IMG/VR virus record: IMGVR_UViG_3300046786_000184 | Location: 1 to 38,729 of that record | Strand: one strand, 5' to 3' | Length of the DNA: 38,729 nucleotides | From: a virus | Taxonomy: Duplodnaviria > Caudoviricetes | Shown: positions 1-8,553 of the stretch, in pieces | Numbering within the stretch: position 1 is the stretch's first letter | Layout: every line of letters starts with the position of its first letter | The notes under the pieces: generated by a model | What the model was told of the DNA's origin: nothing | What the model saw: only the letters and a program-made list of their open reading frames with translations | The model's database searches: none | Program-made: the position numbers and the translations under genes

Positions 1-12
1 ATTCCTCACTTT

Positions 13-240
13 ATGTTAGTATGTTATAACTTTCTCTATTTTTCACGAAAAAAAAAATAAGACCTAATATATAGTATATAGTATAATAAACGCAGAAAAA
101 AGTCAAAAACGCCTCTCAAACCAACATACCAACATGAAGGTCTGATTATCAGCACTTTAGCCCGAAAAATACAACATGCTTTCAACATATACTATAGGTC
201 TTTCAACATATCTATGGGTTTTTCACCATGAGCTAAAATC
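13..240. repeat. Non-coding region with CAACAT iteron-like repeats (candidate origin or terminal region)
   Basis: CAACAT at 122,130,172,183,204 and CACCAT at 224; 20-21 bp tandem units at 180-240; inverted ATGTT at 13 and 21; CTGATTATCAG dyad at 142-152; AT-rich; no ORF in the track. Confidence 0.55.
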
Positions 241-273
241 AGCTTACTAAAGCTCCGCTGTCACAAATAATTG

Positions 274-281
274 TATCTTTG
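274..281 (+). promoter_or_regulatory. Bacteroidota -7 promoter box TATCTTTG
   Basis: Matches TAnnTTTG; ATG follows after 4 nt at 286. Confidence 0.7.
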
Positions 282-285
282 TGGC

Positions 286-723
286 ATGAAGAATAGCAAG
301 CCAAGAGTAAGGGAGGGTATGGTTGTCGGAAATCGTAAATCATACGCTAGAAACATGCGTGCTGGTGTTACACCTATGGACAACAATGGTGACCACTCTA
401 CACATGTAATGTCTTGGGGAGGTGGAGGTCCTGGATCTAAAAAGTACAAGTACTCTGTAAACCCAACCATCTTTACAGATGACAAGGGCAAGACATGGAA
501 TAACTTGAGCGAAAAGCCTAAAGAGGCTTATGATGAGGCGAAGAAACGTGGAGAGGTAATTGGATTCAGATCTGCCAAGCGAGCTGAGAAGTTTGCGGCT
601 GGAAGTTGGAAGAAAGGTTCGGACAGAAAAGAGGCGATGAAGAACTACAGAACTGCGAAGAAAAATAAAGAGTTGTATACTCAGTCTGAACAGTTTAAAC
701 AAGAAAAGAAATCTAGAAGATAA
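286..723 (+). CDS. Basic hypothetical protein
   Basis: Open frame; ATG 286 preferred to TTG 271, which overlaps the promoter box; TAATG junction with next gene. Confidence 0.75.
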   Translation: MKNSKPRVREGMVVGNRKSYARNMRAGVTPMDNNGDHSTHVMSWGGGGPGSKKYKYSVNPTIFTDDKGKTWNNLSEKPKEAYDEAKKRGEVIGFRSAKRAEKFAAGSWKKGSDRKEAMKNYRTAKKNKELYTQSEQFKQEKKSRR

Positions 724-1001
724 TGCCGATAGTTAGAAGAACCAGAGAGGTCACCAAGACGGAAGGTGGCAAGCATGTCGAGATCAGCAGATACAACAAG
801 CTGACTGGAAAGGGTGTGTTTAAGGAGAAGGACATCGAGTACAAGACAAAGGAGGGTCCTCGTGTCAAGTATGTAGAGAAACAAACAGTGAGGAGAGACA
901 AGGACAAGGACTGGAAGTCATCCAAGGAGTCAAAGAAGTTGATGGTTGGAGGAAAGAAGGTAAAGTCGGAGTCGTTCTTTACGAAATATAAAAACAAATA
1001 A
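723..1001 (+). CDS. Lys-rich hypothetical protein
   Basis: 92 aa, TAATG-coupled, very K/E/R rich. Confidence 0.75.
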   Translation: MPIVRRTREVTKTEGGKHVEISRYNKLTGKGVFKEKDIEYKTKEGPRVKYVEKQTVRRDKDKDWKSSKESKKLMVGGKKVKSESFFTKYKNK

Positions 1002-1003
1002 AA

Positions 1004-1615
1004 ATGGAAGCAGGAACAAAGTTCATAGGGATAAACCCTAACGTAAACACGGTCGAGAAGAAGTCGGCACAAGCAAACTCACCTACAGAGGTGTACACAA
1101 TCGAGGAGATCCGAGGTGGATACAAGTCGTTCGTTGGGTATTTTTCGGTATACACAGTTTTGGTATCATATGAATCACTTACAGTTGGAAATAAATATCT
1201 TATTGTATCAAATGACGGTAACGCAGACTTTACTAATGTTGGTGCTGGAGACAATAGTGTTGGGACACAATTTGAAGCTACTGGTGCAGATCCAACATCA
1301 TGGGGTGATCCAAATGCTTCATTGGTTGATCTTAGCCAGTCTAAGTACCAGATTGTAGAGAACTTTAACTCTCTAGATTTTAGTCCAGAGATTTTGGTAA
1401 ATCTAACCAACACACCTACAAAAACAATAGCTGGAATAGACATTCCGTATGAATACAACTCAGATAAAATATTTGTAAACATGCCAGGTTTTGGTCAATA
1501 CGGTTATAATATGTCCTACACGATTAATGATTATTTTGACATAACTATTTTTTCTGGATATCCGATTATTGAAAATGTAGAAAATCAACCTATCGAGATC
1601 AGAATCTACGAATAA
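1004..1615 (+). CDS. Putative accessory virion protein
   Basis: 203 aa beta-rich; ADFTNVGA..N.VGT.F.ATG motif and C-terminal PIEIRIY recalled from phage structural proteins; followed by terminator. Confidence 0.6.
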   Translation: MEAGTKFIGINPNVNTVEKKSAQANSPTEVYTIEEIRGGYKSFVGYFSVYTVLVSYESLTVGNKYLIVSNDGNADFTNVGAGDNSVGTQFEATGADPTSWGDPNASLVDLSQSKYQIVENFNSLDFSPEILVNLTNTPTKTIAGIDIPYEYNSDKIFVNMPGFGQYGYNMSYTINDYFDITIFSGYPIIENVENQPIEIRIYE

Positions 1616-1637
1616 ATCAAAAAAATACAAAAATGAG

Positions 1638-1670
1638 TGCCCAGATGTAAATATCTGGGCATTTTTGTTT
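1638..1670 (+). terminator. Rho-independent terminator
   Basis: tgcccagat-6 nt loop-atctgggca followed by T-rich tract. Confidence 0.8.
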
Positions 1671-1677
1671 ATATTTG
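1670..1677 (+). promoter_or_regulatory. -7 promoter box TATATTTG upstream of groEL
   Basis: TAnnTTTG directly after terminator, 18 nt before ATG. Confidence 0.7.
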
Positions 1678-1695
1678 CATCAAATTTAATGAAAT

Positions 1696-3285
1696 ATGAT
1701 ACCAAAAAGAGTTTATTTAGGTAATTCTGGGCACGAAAAGCTAAAAAACGGAATTAGAAAGCTGACTGGAGCAGTCGAATCGACGCTCGGACCATACGGT
1801 GAGACCGTACTGATGGAGTCAGAGCACCATGTAGGCGGTGTAGTCATCACGAAGGACGGTGTATCGATCGCCAAGAACATCAACCTGTACGATCCAGTGG
1901 AAAATCTAGCTGTGAGCATCGTAAAAGAGGCTGCAAAGAAGACCGCTGTGGCTGCTGGTGACGGTACGACTACATCTATCGTGTTGACGAACGCCATTCT
2001 GGAGGGTGCAGACAAGTACATGGAGGCATGGATGAACAAGACGAATGTGATCCGACACATCAACAAGATATTGGAGGATTCGATTTCTTTCCTTTCGAAA
2101 AAGGCTAGGCCAGTAAATGGCACTGATCTGGTTGATGTTGCTACCATCTCGGCAAACAATGACCCAGAGCTGGGTAAGATGATCGCTGACGTGTACGAGC
2201 AGGTGCGTGTAGTTACAGTTGAGAACTCAAAGACACCAGTCACGTACTCTGAGATCATCCATGGTATGAAGGTGGACCGAGGTTGGTCTAGCAAGTTCTT
2301 CGTTACGGACGAGAAGAAGGAGGAGTGTGTTCTTGAGAACCCATACGTTTTGTTGTGTGATCTTGAGATAAACAACTTCCAGTCTATCTTCAACGCCATC
2401 GAGCCAGTTGTGAAGCAGGGACGACCGTTGTTGATCATCGGTAATCTGTCGCAGAACGCACAGAACACATTGAATCTTAACGTGGTGAAGAAGGTTATCA
2501 AGGCATGTCACATCCAGCCACCATCTATGGGCTACCGTAAGGACGATCTTATGAACGACCTGTCTATGGTCCTGGGTGCACGTATCTACTCTGAGAGAAC
2601 TGGTGATGACTTGCAGTTGATCGAGTTTGAAGGTCTGGGCCAGGCGTCCAAGGTGATCGTGTCTAAGGACCGAACGATCATCATGCGTCATGCCAATGCT
2701 GACGACGAGGCTATCGAGAGTTATATCGGTGATTTGAAGGAGCAGTTGTCGGAGGCAGTTACACAGACAGAGAGAAACGACTTGATGGAGCGTATTGCAA
2801 ACATCAGCGGAGGTGTAGGTGTTATTCACGTAGGTGCAAACTCTGACATCGAGCAGAAGGAGAAGTATGACCGTGTTGACGATGCAGTTCGTGCGGTAGG
2901 TGCGGCACTTGAGGAGGGCATCCTTCCTGGTGGTGGAGTTGCACTGGCACGTGCACTTGAGAACATCAAGGATGATGGCAAGAATAAGGAGTACTCAGTT
3001 GCGGCAGATATCATGACGTATGCTATGGCAAAGCCTATCGTACAGATCATGATCAATGCTGGACTTGACTACGAAGTTATCTGTGATAACTTGTACAAGA
3101 AGAAGTTCGACTATGGATATGACGTAAAAAATGCAAAGTACGGATCGATGTACAAGATGGGTGTAATTGACCCAGCATTGGTGACTAAGAGTGCATTGAA
3201 GAACGCAGTGTCTGTAGCTACGACGATTATGTCAACACAAGCGATTATTACTAACATGAGAGAGGACGACAATGAAAAGAATTAG
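1696..3285 (+). CDS. groEL: Phage-encoded group I chaperonin GroEL
   Basis: TLGPYG, ITKDGVSIAK, AGDGTTT nucleotide-binding loop, ATISANND, ERIANISGG, RVDDA, EEGILPGGG, GVIDPA; lacks the C-terminal GGM tail. Confidence 0.97.
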   Translation: MIPKRVYLGNSGHEKLKNGIRKLTGAVESTLGPYGETVLMESEHHVGGVVITKDGVSIAKNINLYDPVENLAVSIVKEAAKKTAVAAGDGTTTSIVLTNAILEGADKYMEAWMNKTNVIRHINKILEDSISFLSKKARPVNGTDLVDVATISANNDPELGKMIADVYEQVRVVTVENSKTPVTYSEIIHGMKVDRGWSSKFFVTDEKKEECVLENPYVLLCDLEINNFQSIFNAIEPVVKQGRPLLIIGNLSQNAQNTLNLNVVKKVIKACHIQPPSMGYRKDDLMNDLSMVLGARIYSERTGDDLQLIEFEGLGQASKVIVSKDRTIIMRHANADDEAIESYIGDLKEQLSEAVTQTERNDLMERIANISGGVGVIHVGANSDIEQKEKYDRVDDAVRAVGAALEEGILPGGGVALARALENIKDDGKNKEYSVAADIMTYAMAKPIVQIMINAGLDYEVICDNLYKKKFDYGYDVKNAKYGSMYKMGVIDPALVTKSALKNAVSVATTIMSTQAIITNMREDDNEKN

Positions 3286-3409
3286 ATATTACAATACGTG
3301 GAAATGGTGGGGAGTAGTATGTTTAATCCCTATGATAGCTATTGACTTTGATGATCAAGAAGTTAGATTAGCATGGATTATTTGGCAACTTGAAATCAAA
3401 ATAAAATGA
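3272..3409 (+). CDS. 45-aa Trp-rich protein between groEL and groES (below track cutoff)
   Basis: MKRIRYYNTWKWWGVVCLIPMIAIDFDDQEVRLAWIIWQLEIKIK; overlaps groEL end by 14 nt and groES start via ATGA. Confidence 0.7.
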   Translation: MKRIRYYNTWKWWGVVCLIPMIAIDFDDQEVRLAWIIWQLEIKIK

Positions 3410-3672
3410 AAAGTATAAAGCCTATTAATAAATATATGCTCGTCAGCAAGGTTGTTGAAGAGATGAAGTCTCAGTCTGGACTCCTGTACACATCGCAGGA
3501 GTCTTCGGACATGAGATATCAGAAGGCAGAGGTTATTGCTGTAGGAAATCTTGTAGATGTTATCAATCCAGGGGACAGCATCTTGTACGACAAAGTGTAC
3601 GGTCACGAGACCATTATTGATGGAGTGACCTATACTGTCATCACCGAGATGAACGTGGTCGTAGTTCTGTAG
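3406..3672 (+). CDS. groES: Co-chaperonin GroES
   Basis: IKPINKYMLV, SQSGLL mobile loop, AEVIAVG, INPGDSILY, IDGVTYTVI; 88 aa; adjacent to groEL. Confidence 0.92.
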   Translation: MKSIKPINKYMLVSKVVEEMKSQSGLLYTSQESSDMRYQKAEVIAVGNLVDVINPGDSILYDKVYGHETIIDGVTYTVITEMNVVVVL

Positions 3673-3679
3673 GATTTCA

Positions 3680-3687
3680 TATCTTTG
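3680..3687 (+). promoter_or_regulatory. -7 promoter box TATCTTTG
   Basis: TAnnTTTG, ATG after 4 nt at 3692. Confidence 0.7.
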
Positions 3688-3691
3688 TGGT

Positions 3692-3850
3692 ATGGGAAAA
3701 GTATACGAAAAATACAGCAACGAGACATATGCTTCTAAAGCTGCAATGAAAAAGCACGAGAAGGGCGAGTCTAAGAAAGAGCAGGCTATGGAGGGAGAAA
3801 AGCCTTCAGATCATAAGAAGATGATGTTCGGACGTAAAAAGAAGAAGTAA
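3692..3850 (+). CDS. 52-aa basic protein (below track cutoff)
   Basis: MGKVYEKYSNETYASKAAMKKHEKGESKKEQAMEGEKPSDHKKMMFGRKKKK; TAATG junction with next gene. Confidence 0.75.
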   Translation: MGKVYEKYSNETYASKAAMKKHEKGESKKEQAMEGEKPSDHKKMMFGRKKKK

Positions 3851-4032
3851 TGAAAGCAAAGGTTAAATACTCTGAGGAGACTGGTATCCAGAAGATGGTA
3901 CGCATGAAACAAGAGATGAAGCGTGCAAAAGAGATGGATGAGGCTATGATGGAGGCCCGTGCTATGCATTATATGCACGGTTCTTTTGATATTCCAATGC
4001 CTAAGATGACATACGGACGTAAGAAGAAATGA
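3850..4032 (+). CDS. 60-aa Met/Lys-rich protein
   Basis: Coupled at both ends; C-terminus KMTYGRKKK resembles that of the preceding gene. Confidence 0.7.
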   Translation: MKAKVKYSEETGIQKMVRMKQEMKRAKEMDEAMMEARAMHYMHGSFDIPMPKMTYGRKKK

Positions 4033-5051
4033 TTATAGTTCGACCACTAATTAAAGCTCTAAGTAAGATCATGGAGCTACCGAAAGGTAGTTTCCTTGAT
4101 CCTACCACTTTGGGTAGTGGTGATCCAGATGATACAAACTTCTTGCGTGGAGATGGTACATGGTCTACTCCTACTGTAGATGGATATGTACCAGAATCCA
4201 GAACAATAACTATAGATGGAGTATCACAAGACTTATCTACTAATAGAACTTGGAATGTTATACCATCTGGTGGCACTACTGGTCAGATACTAGCAAAACT
4301 AGACGATACAAATTACAATCTTGAATGGATAGAAAATTTTGCTAATTATACATCTACATTAAAACATCAAGTAAAAGCTGGAGAGGCTATTACCAAGGGT
4401 CAAGCTGTTTATGTAAGCTCTGCCGATGGTACTAATATGATTGTATCCAAAGCATCTAATGCTACAGAGGCAACATCAAGTAAAACGATGGGTTTAATTG
4501 CACAGACTTTAGCTAATAATGGTAAAGGATTTGTAATTACAGAAGGTTTGTTGGCAGGTTTAAATACCGCATCAGCTACAGCTGGTGATCCAGTTTGGTT
4601 AGGTACTGGTGGTAATCTAATTTATGGACTTGCAGACAAACCAGTAGCTCCAGCACATCTTGTATTTATTGGAATAGTAACTAGAGCTAATTCAAGCAAT
4701 GGTGAAATATTTGTTAAGGTACAGAATGGGTTTGAATTACAAGAACTACATAATGTATTAATAACATCTCCTACTGGAGGTGCTAGTTTAGAATATCAAG
4801 CATCAACATCATTGTGGATAGATGCAGGGATACAGTGGACAATAGAACTAATAGATGCATTGACTATTGATGTGTATGCTCCATACAACATGAAGATAGA
4901 TTCTGTAAGCAATGTAAAGAATGCACCTACAACTACACTTAGTAAAAACGGATCTGCATATACATTGGGTACATCTATTTCTATGGGTGATAAGATTACG
5001 GTAGCTGTATCTGTTGCAGCTGTTGTCAACTTGAATATATCTAAGTCATGA
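4029..5051 (+). CDS. Putative tail/head fibre protein
   Basis: Fibre-type motifs FLRGDGTW and PSGGTTGQILAK; central VKAGEAITKGQAVYV domain resembling capsid-cement/beta-clip modules. Confidence 0.65.
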   Translation: MIIVRPLIKALSKIMELPKGSFLDPTTLGSGDPDDTNFLRGDGTWSTPTVDGYVPESRTITIDGVSQDLSTNRTWNVIPSGGTTGQILAKLDDTNYNLEWIENFANYTSTLKHQVKAGEAITKGQAVYVSSADGTNMIVSKASNATEATSSKTMGLIAQTLANNGKGFVITEGLLAGLNTASATAGDPVWLGTGGNLIYGLADKPVAPAHLVFIGIVTRANSSNGEIFVKVQNGFELQELHNVLITSPTGGASLEYQASTSLWIDAGIQWTIELIDALTIDVYAPYNMKIDSVSNVKNAPTTTLSKNGSAYTLGTSISMGDKITVAVSVAAVVNLNISKS

Positions 5052-5650
5052 GTGATAATCGTTACATAAAGGCAGTTGCATCAGCCGCTGCTCCAGTTGG
5101 AGCGAAAAGGATAAAAACTGGACAGACGGTAAGTTATAATACTGCGGATGACGGAGCTACACAGCGTGGTAGATCAACAGATTTTTTGACTCTTGCTAGT
5201 AACAATCCATTTGGGACAACATCTAGATTTACAAATAAAACTGGGGGGACTACATATCCATCTATTAAGGTTACATATGACTGGAGTACATATGATGGAA
5301 GTACGGTACTTGCATATTACTTTGGTGATATGAGCAGTACAAGAGCTTTGGCAACTCAATTAACACAGTATACTGGTAGCACATTTGACGGTCTTACTGG
5401 ATGGTATCTAACAAATTTCCAGGAGATGACTAACATAATGAATGCTGGTCTATGGAACAACTACATGTTAAACTACCCACCATTTAGCACTACTCTTAGA
5501 TACTTCTGGATATCATCTCAGCCATCTGGTACGACTGGAGTTGCAACAGATTTAGCTGCAAGTGGAGCTTTTACTGCAACTGCAAAGACAAATGCGTTAT
5601 ATGGTATATGGGTTAGAGTTTGTACTGTAAGTGGAACTACAATAACATAG
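5048..5650 (+). CDS. DUF1566/Lcl-like (C-type lectin fold) protein, possible receptor-binding protein
   Basis: KTGQTVSY..DDG..QRG, GWYLTNFQEMTNI (cf. DWRLP..EL..I), YFWISS, terminal WVR. Confidence 0.6.
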   Translation: MSDNRYIKAVASAAAPVGAKRIKTGQTVSYNTADDGATQRGRSTDFLTLASNNPFGTTSRFTNKTGGTTYPSIKVTYDWSTYDGSTVLAYYFGDMSSTRALATQLTQYTGSTFDGLTGWYLTNFQEMTNIMNAGLWNNYMLNYPPFSTTLRYFWISSQPSGTTGVATDLAASGAFTATAKTNALYGIWVRVCTVSGTTIT

Positions 5651-5652
5651 AA

Positions 5653-5883
5653 ATGAGATATAAATTCCCTTTGTTTGAAGATTTTATTGAGGATCCTATG
5701 GTGGAGGTATCAACTATAACTATTGACATAAAAAACAAGACGTGTCGTGCTGATTTAATTATTACAAAGGATTTAAATGAGTACGGTGTGAGTCTAGATG
5801 GATTTACATACAAGTACCCATTTAAAGAGGAGGAAATGTTTACATGGATATTTTCCGAGTTGACAAAGTATGAGGTTGACTAG
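5653..5883 (+). CDS. Acidic hypothetical protein, possible fibre chaperone
   Basis: ATG 5653 two nt after previous stop; 76 aa; function inferred from position only. Confidence 0.65.
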   Translation: MRYKFPLFEDFIEDPMVEVSTITIDIKNKTCRADLIITKDLNEYGVSLDGFTYKYPFKEEEMFTWIFSELTKYEVD

Positions 5884-6365
5884 TACTCTATTCTGGTAGA
5901 TACCTTGTTCTTTCTTACATGTTCGTTAAACTTCTTTACGGACATCCATAAAACACGGTCTGAATACTTGCGTGACGTTACTAATGGATTGTGTTTAGAA
6001 CTCTCTGGTATCTCTACCTCACCGTTTAGTTGTTTGTATAGATTGGTGCAGACATGTCTGCCGTGTCGTGTAAGCTCATAGAGCCTATAGCTGCCACGAT
6101 ACTTGTCGTGCCACATATGAATCCACCCATCATCTTTAAGTCTCGCAAATCGCTTTATATCCCACGACATGGTGTTTGTGTACTCCTTGTAGTCGTAGTA
6201 TGTGAATAGTCCCTCAGAGTATAGGTAAAGAAGCACCTCAAGATCTTGTTCGGACAGGTTGTACTTTATCTGAGTGTACCGTCTTACCACCCTCCAGTAC
6301 TTCAAGAAGTCGTTCTTTACCTGTCTTCTGGTGTAATGTCTCTGGATTTGCTTTTTGATTTTCAT
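5880..6365 (-). CDS. MarR-like winged-helix DNA-binding protein
   Basis: YNLSEQDLEVLLYLY, RLKDDGWI, YELTRHGR wing motif; fills the gap between + genes. Confidence 0.7.
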   Translation of the reverse strand: MKIKKQIQRHYTRRQVKNDFLKYWRVVRRYTQIKYNLSEQDLEVLLYLYSEGLFTYYDYKEYTNTMSWDIKRFARLKDDGWIHMWHDKYRGSYRLYELTRHGRHVCTNLYKQLNGEVEIPESSKHNPLVTSRKYSDRVLWMSVKKFNEHVRKNKVSTRIEY

Positions 6366-6366
6366 A

Positions 6367-6389
6367 TGTCAACAAATTTCGTAAATTTG
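6367..6389. promoter_or_regulatory. Divergent promoter / inverted repeat
   Basis: CAAATTT-CGT-AAATTTG dyad; TAAATTTG on + (6382-6389) and near-consensus GAAATTTG on - between two divergent ATGs. Confidence 0.65.
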
Positions 6390-6397
6390 CAACTGAT

Positions 6398-6589
6398 ATG
6401 CAAATAAAAGTGATCAAAAAACAAAAGGGTGTCGGAGACACCGTTGAGATGCTTTTGAAGGCTACTGGAATCCACTATATTGCTAATGCAATACAGAACG
6501 GAGATCCGACTCAGCCGTGTAAACCATGTCAACAAAGAAAAGAAGAACTGAATAAAAAGTTTCCTTATGGGACAAAGCAAGACATCTAA
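6398..6589 (+). CDS. Small Cys-containing phage protein
   Basis: GVGDTVE..LKATGI..PCKPC..RKEELNKKFPY pattern recalled from Bacteroidota phages. Confidence 0.75.
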   Translation: MQIKVIKKQKGVGDTVEMLLKATGIHYIANAIQNGDPTQPCKPCQQRKEELNKKFPYGTKQDI

Positions 6590-6830
6590 GTACTACGCAG
6601 AGAACCCGACGGCAGCTGAGAAGAGACGAGAGTCTCAGAGAAAGATAAACAAGAAGGCTGGAATGTCTGAGTATCGTGCCTCGTTAAACAAGGCCAACAG
6701 GAAGGCTGGAACATATGGTAATGGTGATGGCGTTGATATGTCTCACACAAAGGCTGGAAAACTTGTAAAGGAGAAGGCCACAAAGAATAGAGCCAGAAAT
6801 GGTGCAAACGGAAAAAGTACAAAGAAATGA
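6567..6830 (+). CDS. Small basic HNH-like protein
   Basis: GNGDGVDMSH...G....E....NRARNG, a minimal HNH-type signature. Confidence 0.55.
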   Translation: MGQSKTSKYYAENPTAAEKRRESQRKINKKAGMSEYRASLNKANRKAGTYGNGDGVDMSHTKAGKLVKEKATKNRARNGANGKSTKK

Positions 6831-7096
6831 GAACTTGGAATGAGATTTTGTCAGCAGCAGCTGGAACAATTGTGTTGAATGATACTAGTGAATATACTGG
6901 GAGAGTTGCAGCAATTCATGTAATTGGAGATGCAGTATTTACTACATTAAATGATGCTAAAGGTAATACAAAGACAAACTATATTACTACTCCTGCTACA
7001 GCTGTAAAGGCAGGTGCTATGCTTACTCCGTTTGACAAGCAGAATGAGTTCAGCACAGTTAAATTAGCTAGCGGATCCGTAGTTCTTGTTTTGTGA
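6827..7096 (+). CDS. Hypothetical beta-rich protein
   Basis: 89 aa, ATGA-coupled. Confidence 0.7.
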   Translation: MRTWNEILSAAAGTIVLNDTSEYTGRVAAIHVIGDAVFTTLNDAKGNTKTNYITTPATAVKAGAMLTPFDKQNEFSTVKLASGSVVLVL

Positions 7097-7341
7097 TGAC
7101 ATCATTTGATCTAGCAGGAATAATCAAGAAGCACGGAGTAATAGGTGTTCTGTGTGCATGGTTAGTATATACTAACATGAGACTTACAGATGTAGAGGAT
7201 AAGCTTTACAACTGTTACGATCAATCAAGATTCGCTGCTATGTCTAATAGGTCATTGAACAGCAGCATAAAACCATCAGAGAAGATATATGCAGTTCTTC
7301 CAGAAAGAAAGAGAAGATCAAATGAAGAAGTTCTGGTTTGA
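7096..7341 (+). CDS. Single-TM protein, holin/antiholin candidate
   Basis: TM GVIGVLCAWLVY followed by a soluble tail; first gene of the lysis cluster. Confidence 0.55.
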   Translation: MTSFDLAGIIKKHGVIGVLCAWLVYTNMRLTDVEDKLYNCYDQSRFAAMSNRSLNSSIKPSEKIYAVLPERKRRSNEEVLV

Positions 7342-7543
7342 AGTTATGGAGGGAACTCTGAAGAGAGACGGTAAACACTCGTCAACTCTTTGGACAATGG
7401 CCATATCTATGTTCCTTTTTTCATTCATGTCGTTGATTGATTTTTTGATTAATGGTATCGATGTTCAGATTATGATAATACTGGCATGTATGGCTACTGG
7501 AGTTAAGATAACAGATGCGGTAAGTAAAAAGATAAAGTCATGA
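7322..7543 (+). CDS. Putative holin (2 TM)
   Basis: Two hydrophobic segments and basic C-terminus SKKIKS; upstream of endolysin; start 7322 preferred. Confidence 0.65.
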   Translation: MKKFWFEVMEGTLKRDGKHSSTLWTMAISMFLFSFMSLIDFLINGIDVQIMIILACMATGVKITDAVSKKIKS

Positions 7544-8058
7544 AGAAGATAACGTACTCAGAGTTTGTGTGGTTTTTATTGGTTATTGCTGGATCATTAT
7601 TATTTTTTAGTTTAATGTCCTCATGTTCTATAGAGCATCATTTAAGCAAAGCACAGAAGCATATTAGAATTGCAAAGAGAAAGGGAGCCAGTGTCATACC
7701 AGACACGGTGTGGCATTATATGTATACTCTAGATACGGTATACAACGTAAAGAATAACATGTACGAGACTAGGCATGTAATTAAAGATAGCTTCCCGTAT
7801 GTTGTTACAAACACGATATCTGCTGGAATGACTCGTCAAGAGCGTAAAGCAATGGAGGATATGTTCAAACACATGGAGCGAATGATGAAGCTTCAGAACG
7901 ACAGTCTTAAGTTGGCACTAAAGGCAGAGGTGAAGAAACATAAAGAAGATGGTAAAACTGATAGAACAACTGTCAGAAGAGAAAACAGCAAGCCTTGGAT
8001 ATGGGTTATAGTTGCTGGACTAATACTAGTATGTGTAATATTAATTAAATTCAAATAG
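7540..8058 (+). CDS. Putative unimolecular spanin
   Basis: N-terminal signal ending in lipobox-like LMSSC and C-terminal TM PWIWVIVAGLILVCVILI; within lysis cassette. Confidence 0.65.
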   Translation: MKKITYSEFVWFLLVIAGSLLFFSLMSSCSIEHHLSKAQKHIRIAKRKGASVIPDTVWHYMYTLDTVYNVKNNMYETRHVIKDSFPYVVTNTISAGMTRQERKAMEDMFKHMERMMKLQNDSLKLALKAEVKKHKEDGKTDRTTVRRENSKPWIWVIVAGLILVCVILIKFK

Positions 8059-8060
8059 AT

Positions 8061-8528
8061 ATGTTGACTACTCAGCAAGCTACAAAGAAGTACGGAACCC
8101 CATCAATTACTGGTGCAGAGTACTTGGTTACATTAGAACTTCCTTATCCGATGCGTTTGGCATGGGATCTCGACACAAAGGTTAATAAGATGCGAGTTCA
8201 CAAGTTAGTTAAGGACAACTTCAAGGCTGTTTTTGACGATCTACTTGCACATTACGGATACGAAAAACTTGTAGAGTTAGGAATTGATCTATTTGGAGGA
8301 TGCTTTGCGTACCGTAAGATGCGTGGGGGTACATCATGGTCTAAGCACTCTTGGGGCATTGCAATCGATCTTGATCCAGTTCGTAATCAGTTGCATGAAA
8401 CTAAAGCAACAGCTCGTTTTGCTCGTCCAGAATATAAGCCGATGATCGATATCTTCTATAAGCACGGATTTATAGGTTTAGGGCCAGAGAAAAATTTTGA
8501 TTGGATGCACTGGGAAATTTCTGCTTGA
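8061..8528 (+). CDS. Endolysin, peptidase M15 family
   Basis: R..RGG..WSKHSWGIAID (SxHxxGxAxD) and DWMHWE zinc-ligand motifs. Confidence 0.9.
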   Translation: MLTTQQATKKYGTPSITGAEYLVTLELPYPMRLAWDLDTKVNKMRVHKLVKDNFKAVFDDLLAHYGYEKLVELGIDLFGGCFAYRKMRGGTSWSKHSWGIAIDLDPVRNQLHETKATARFARPEYKPMIDIFYKHGFIGLGPEKNFDWMHWEISA

Positions 8529-8553
8529 GTAAGCATTTTGAAATAAAAAGATA

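Noticed and set aside
122-240. Possible CRISPR mini-array
   Set aside because: Repeat cores are 6-12 bp with 8-42 bp spacing, without 25-45 bp repeats or unique spacers; no cas genes
1713-3056. Long minus-strand ORFs opposite groEL, and similar ones opposite terL, portal, capsid and giant genes
   Set aside because: Antisense shadows of codon-biased genes; no motifs or expression signals
5048-5650. DUF1566-like gene as a diversity-generating retroelement target
   Set aside because: No template repeat or reverse transcriptase seen in this window; cannot be excluded elsewhere in the genome
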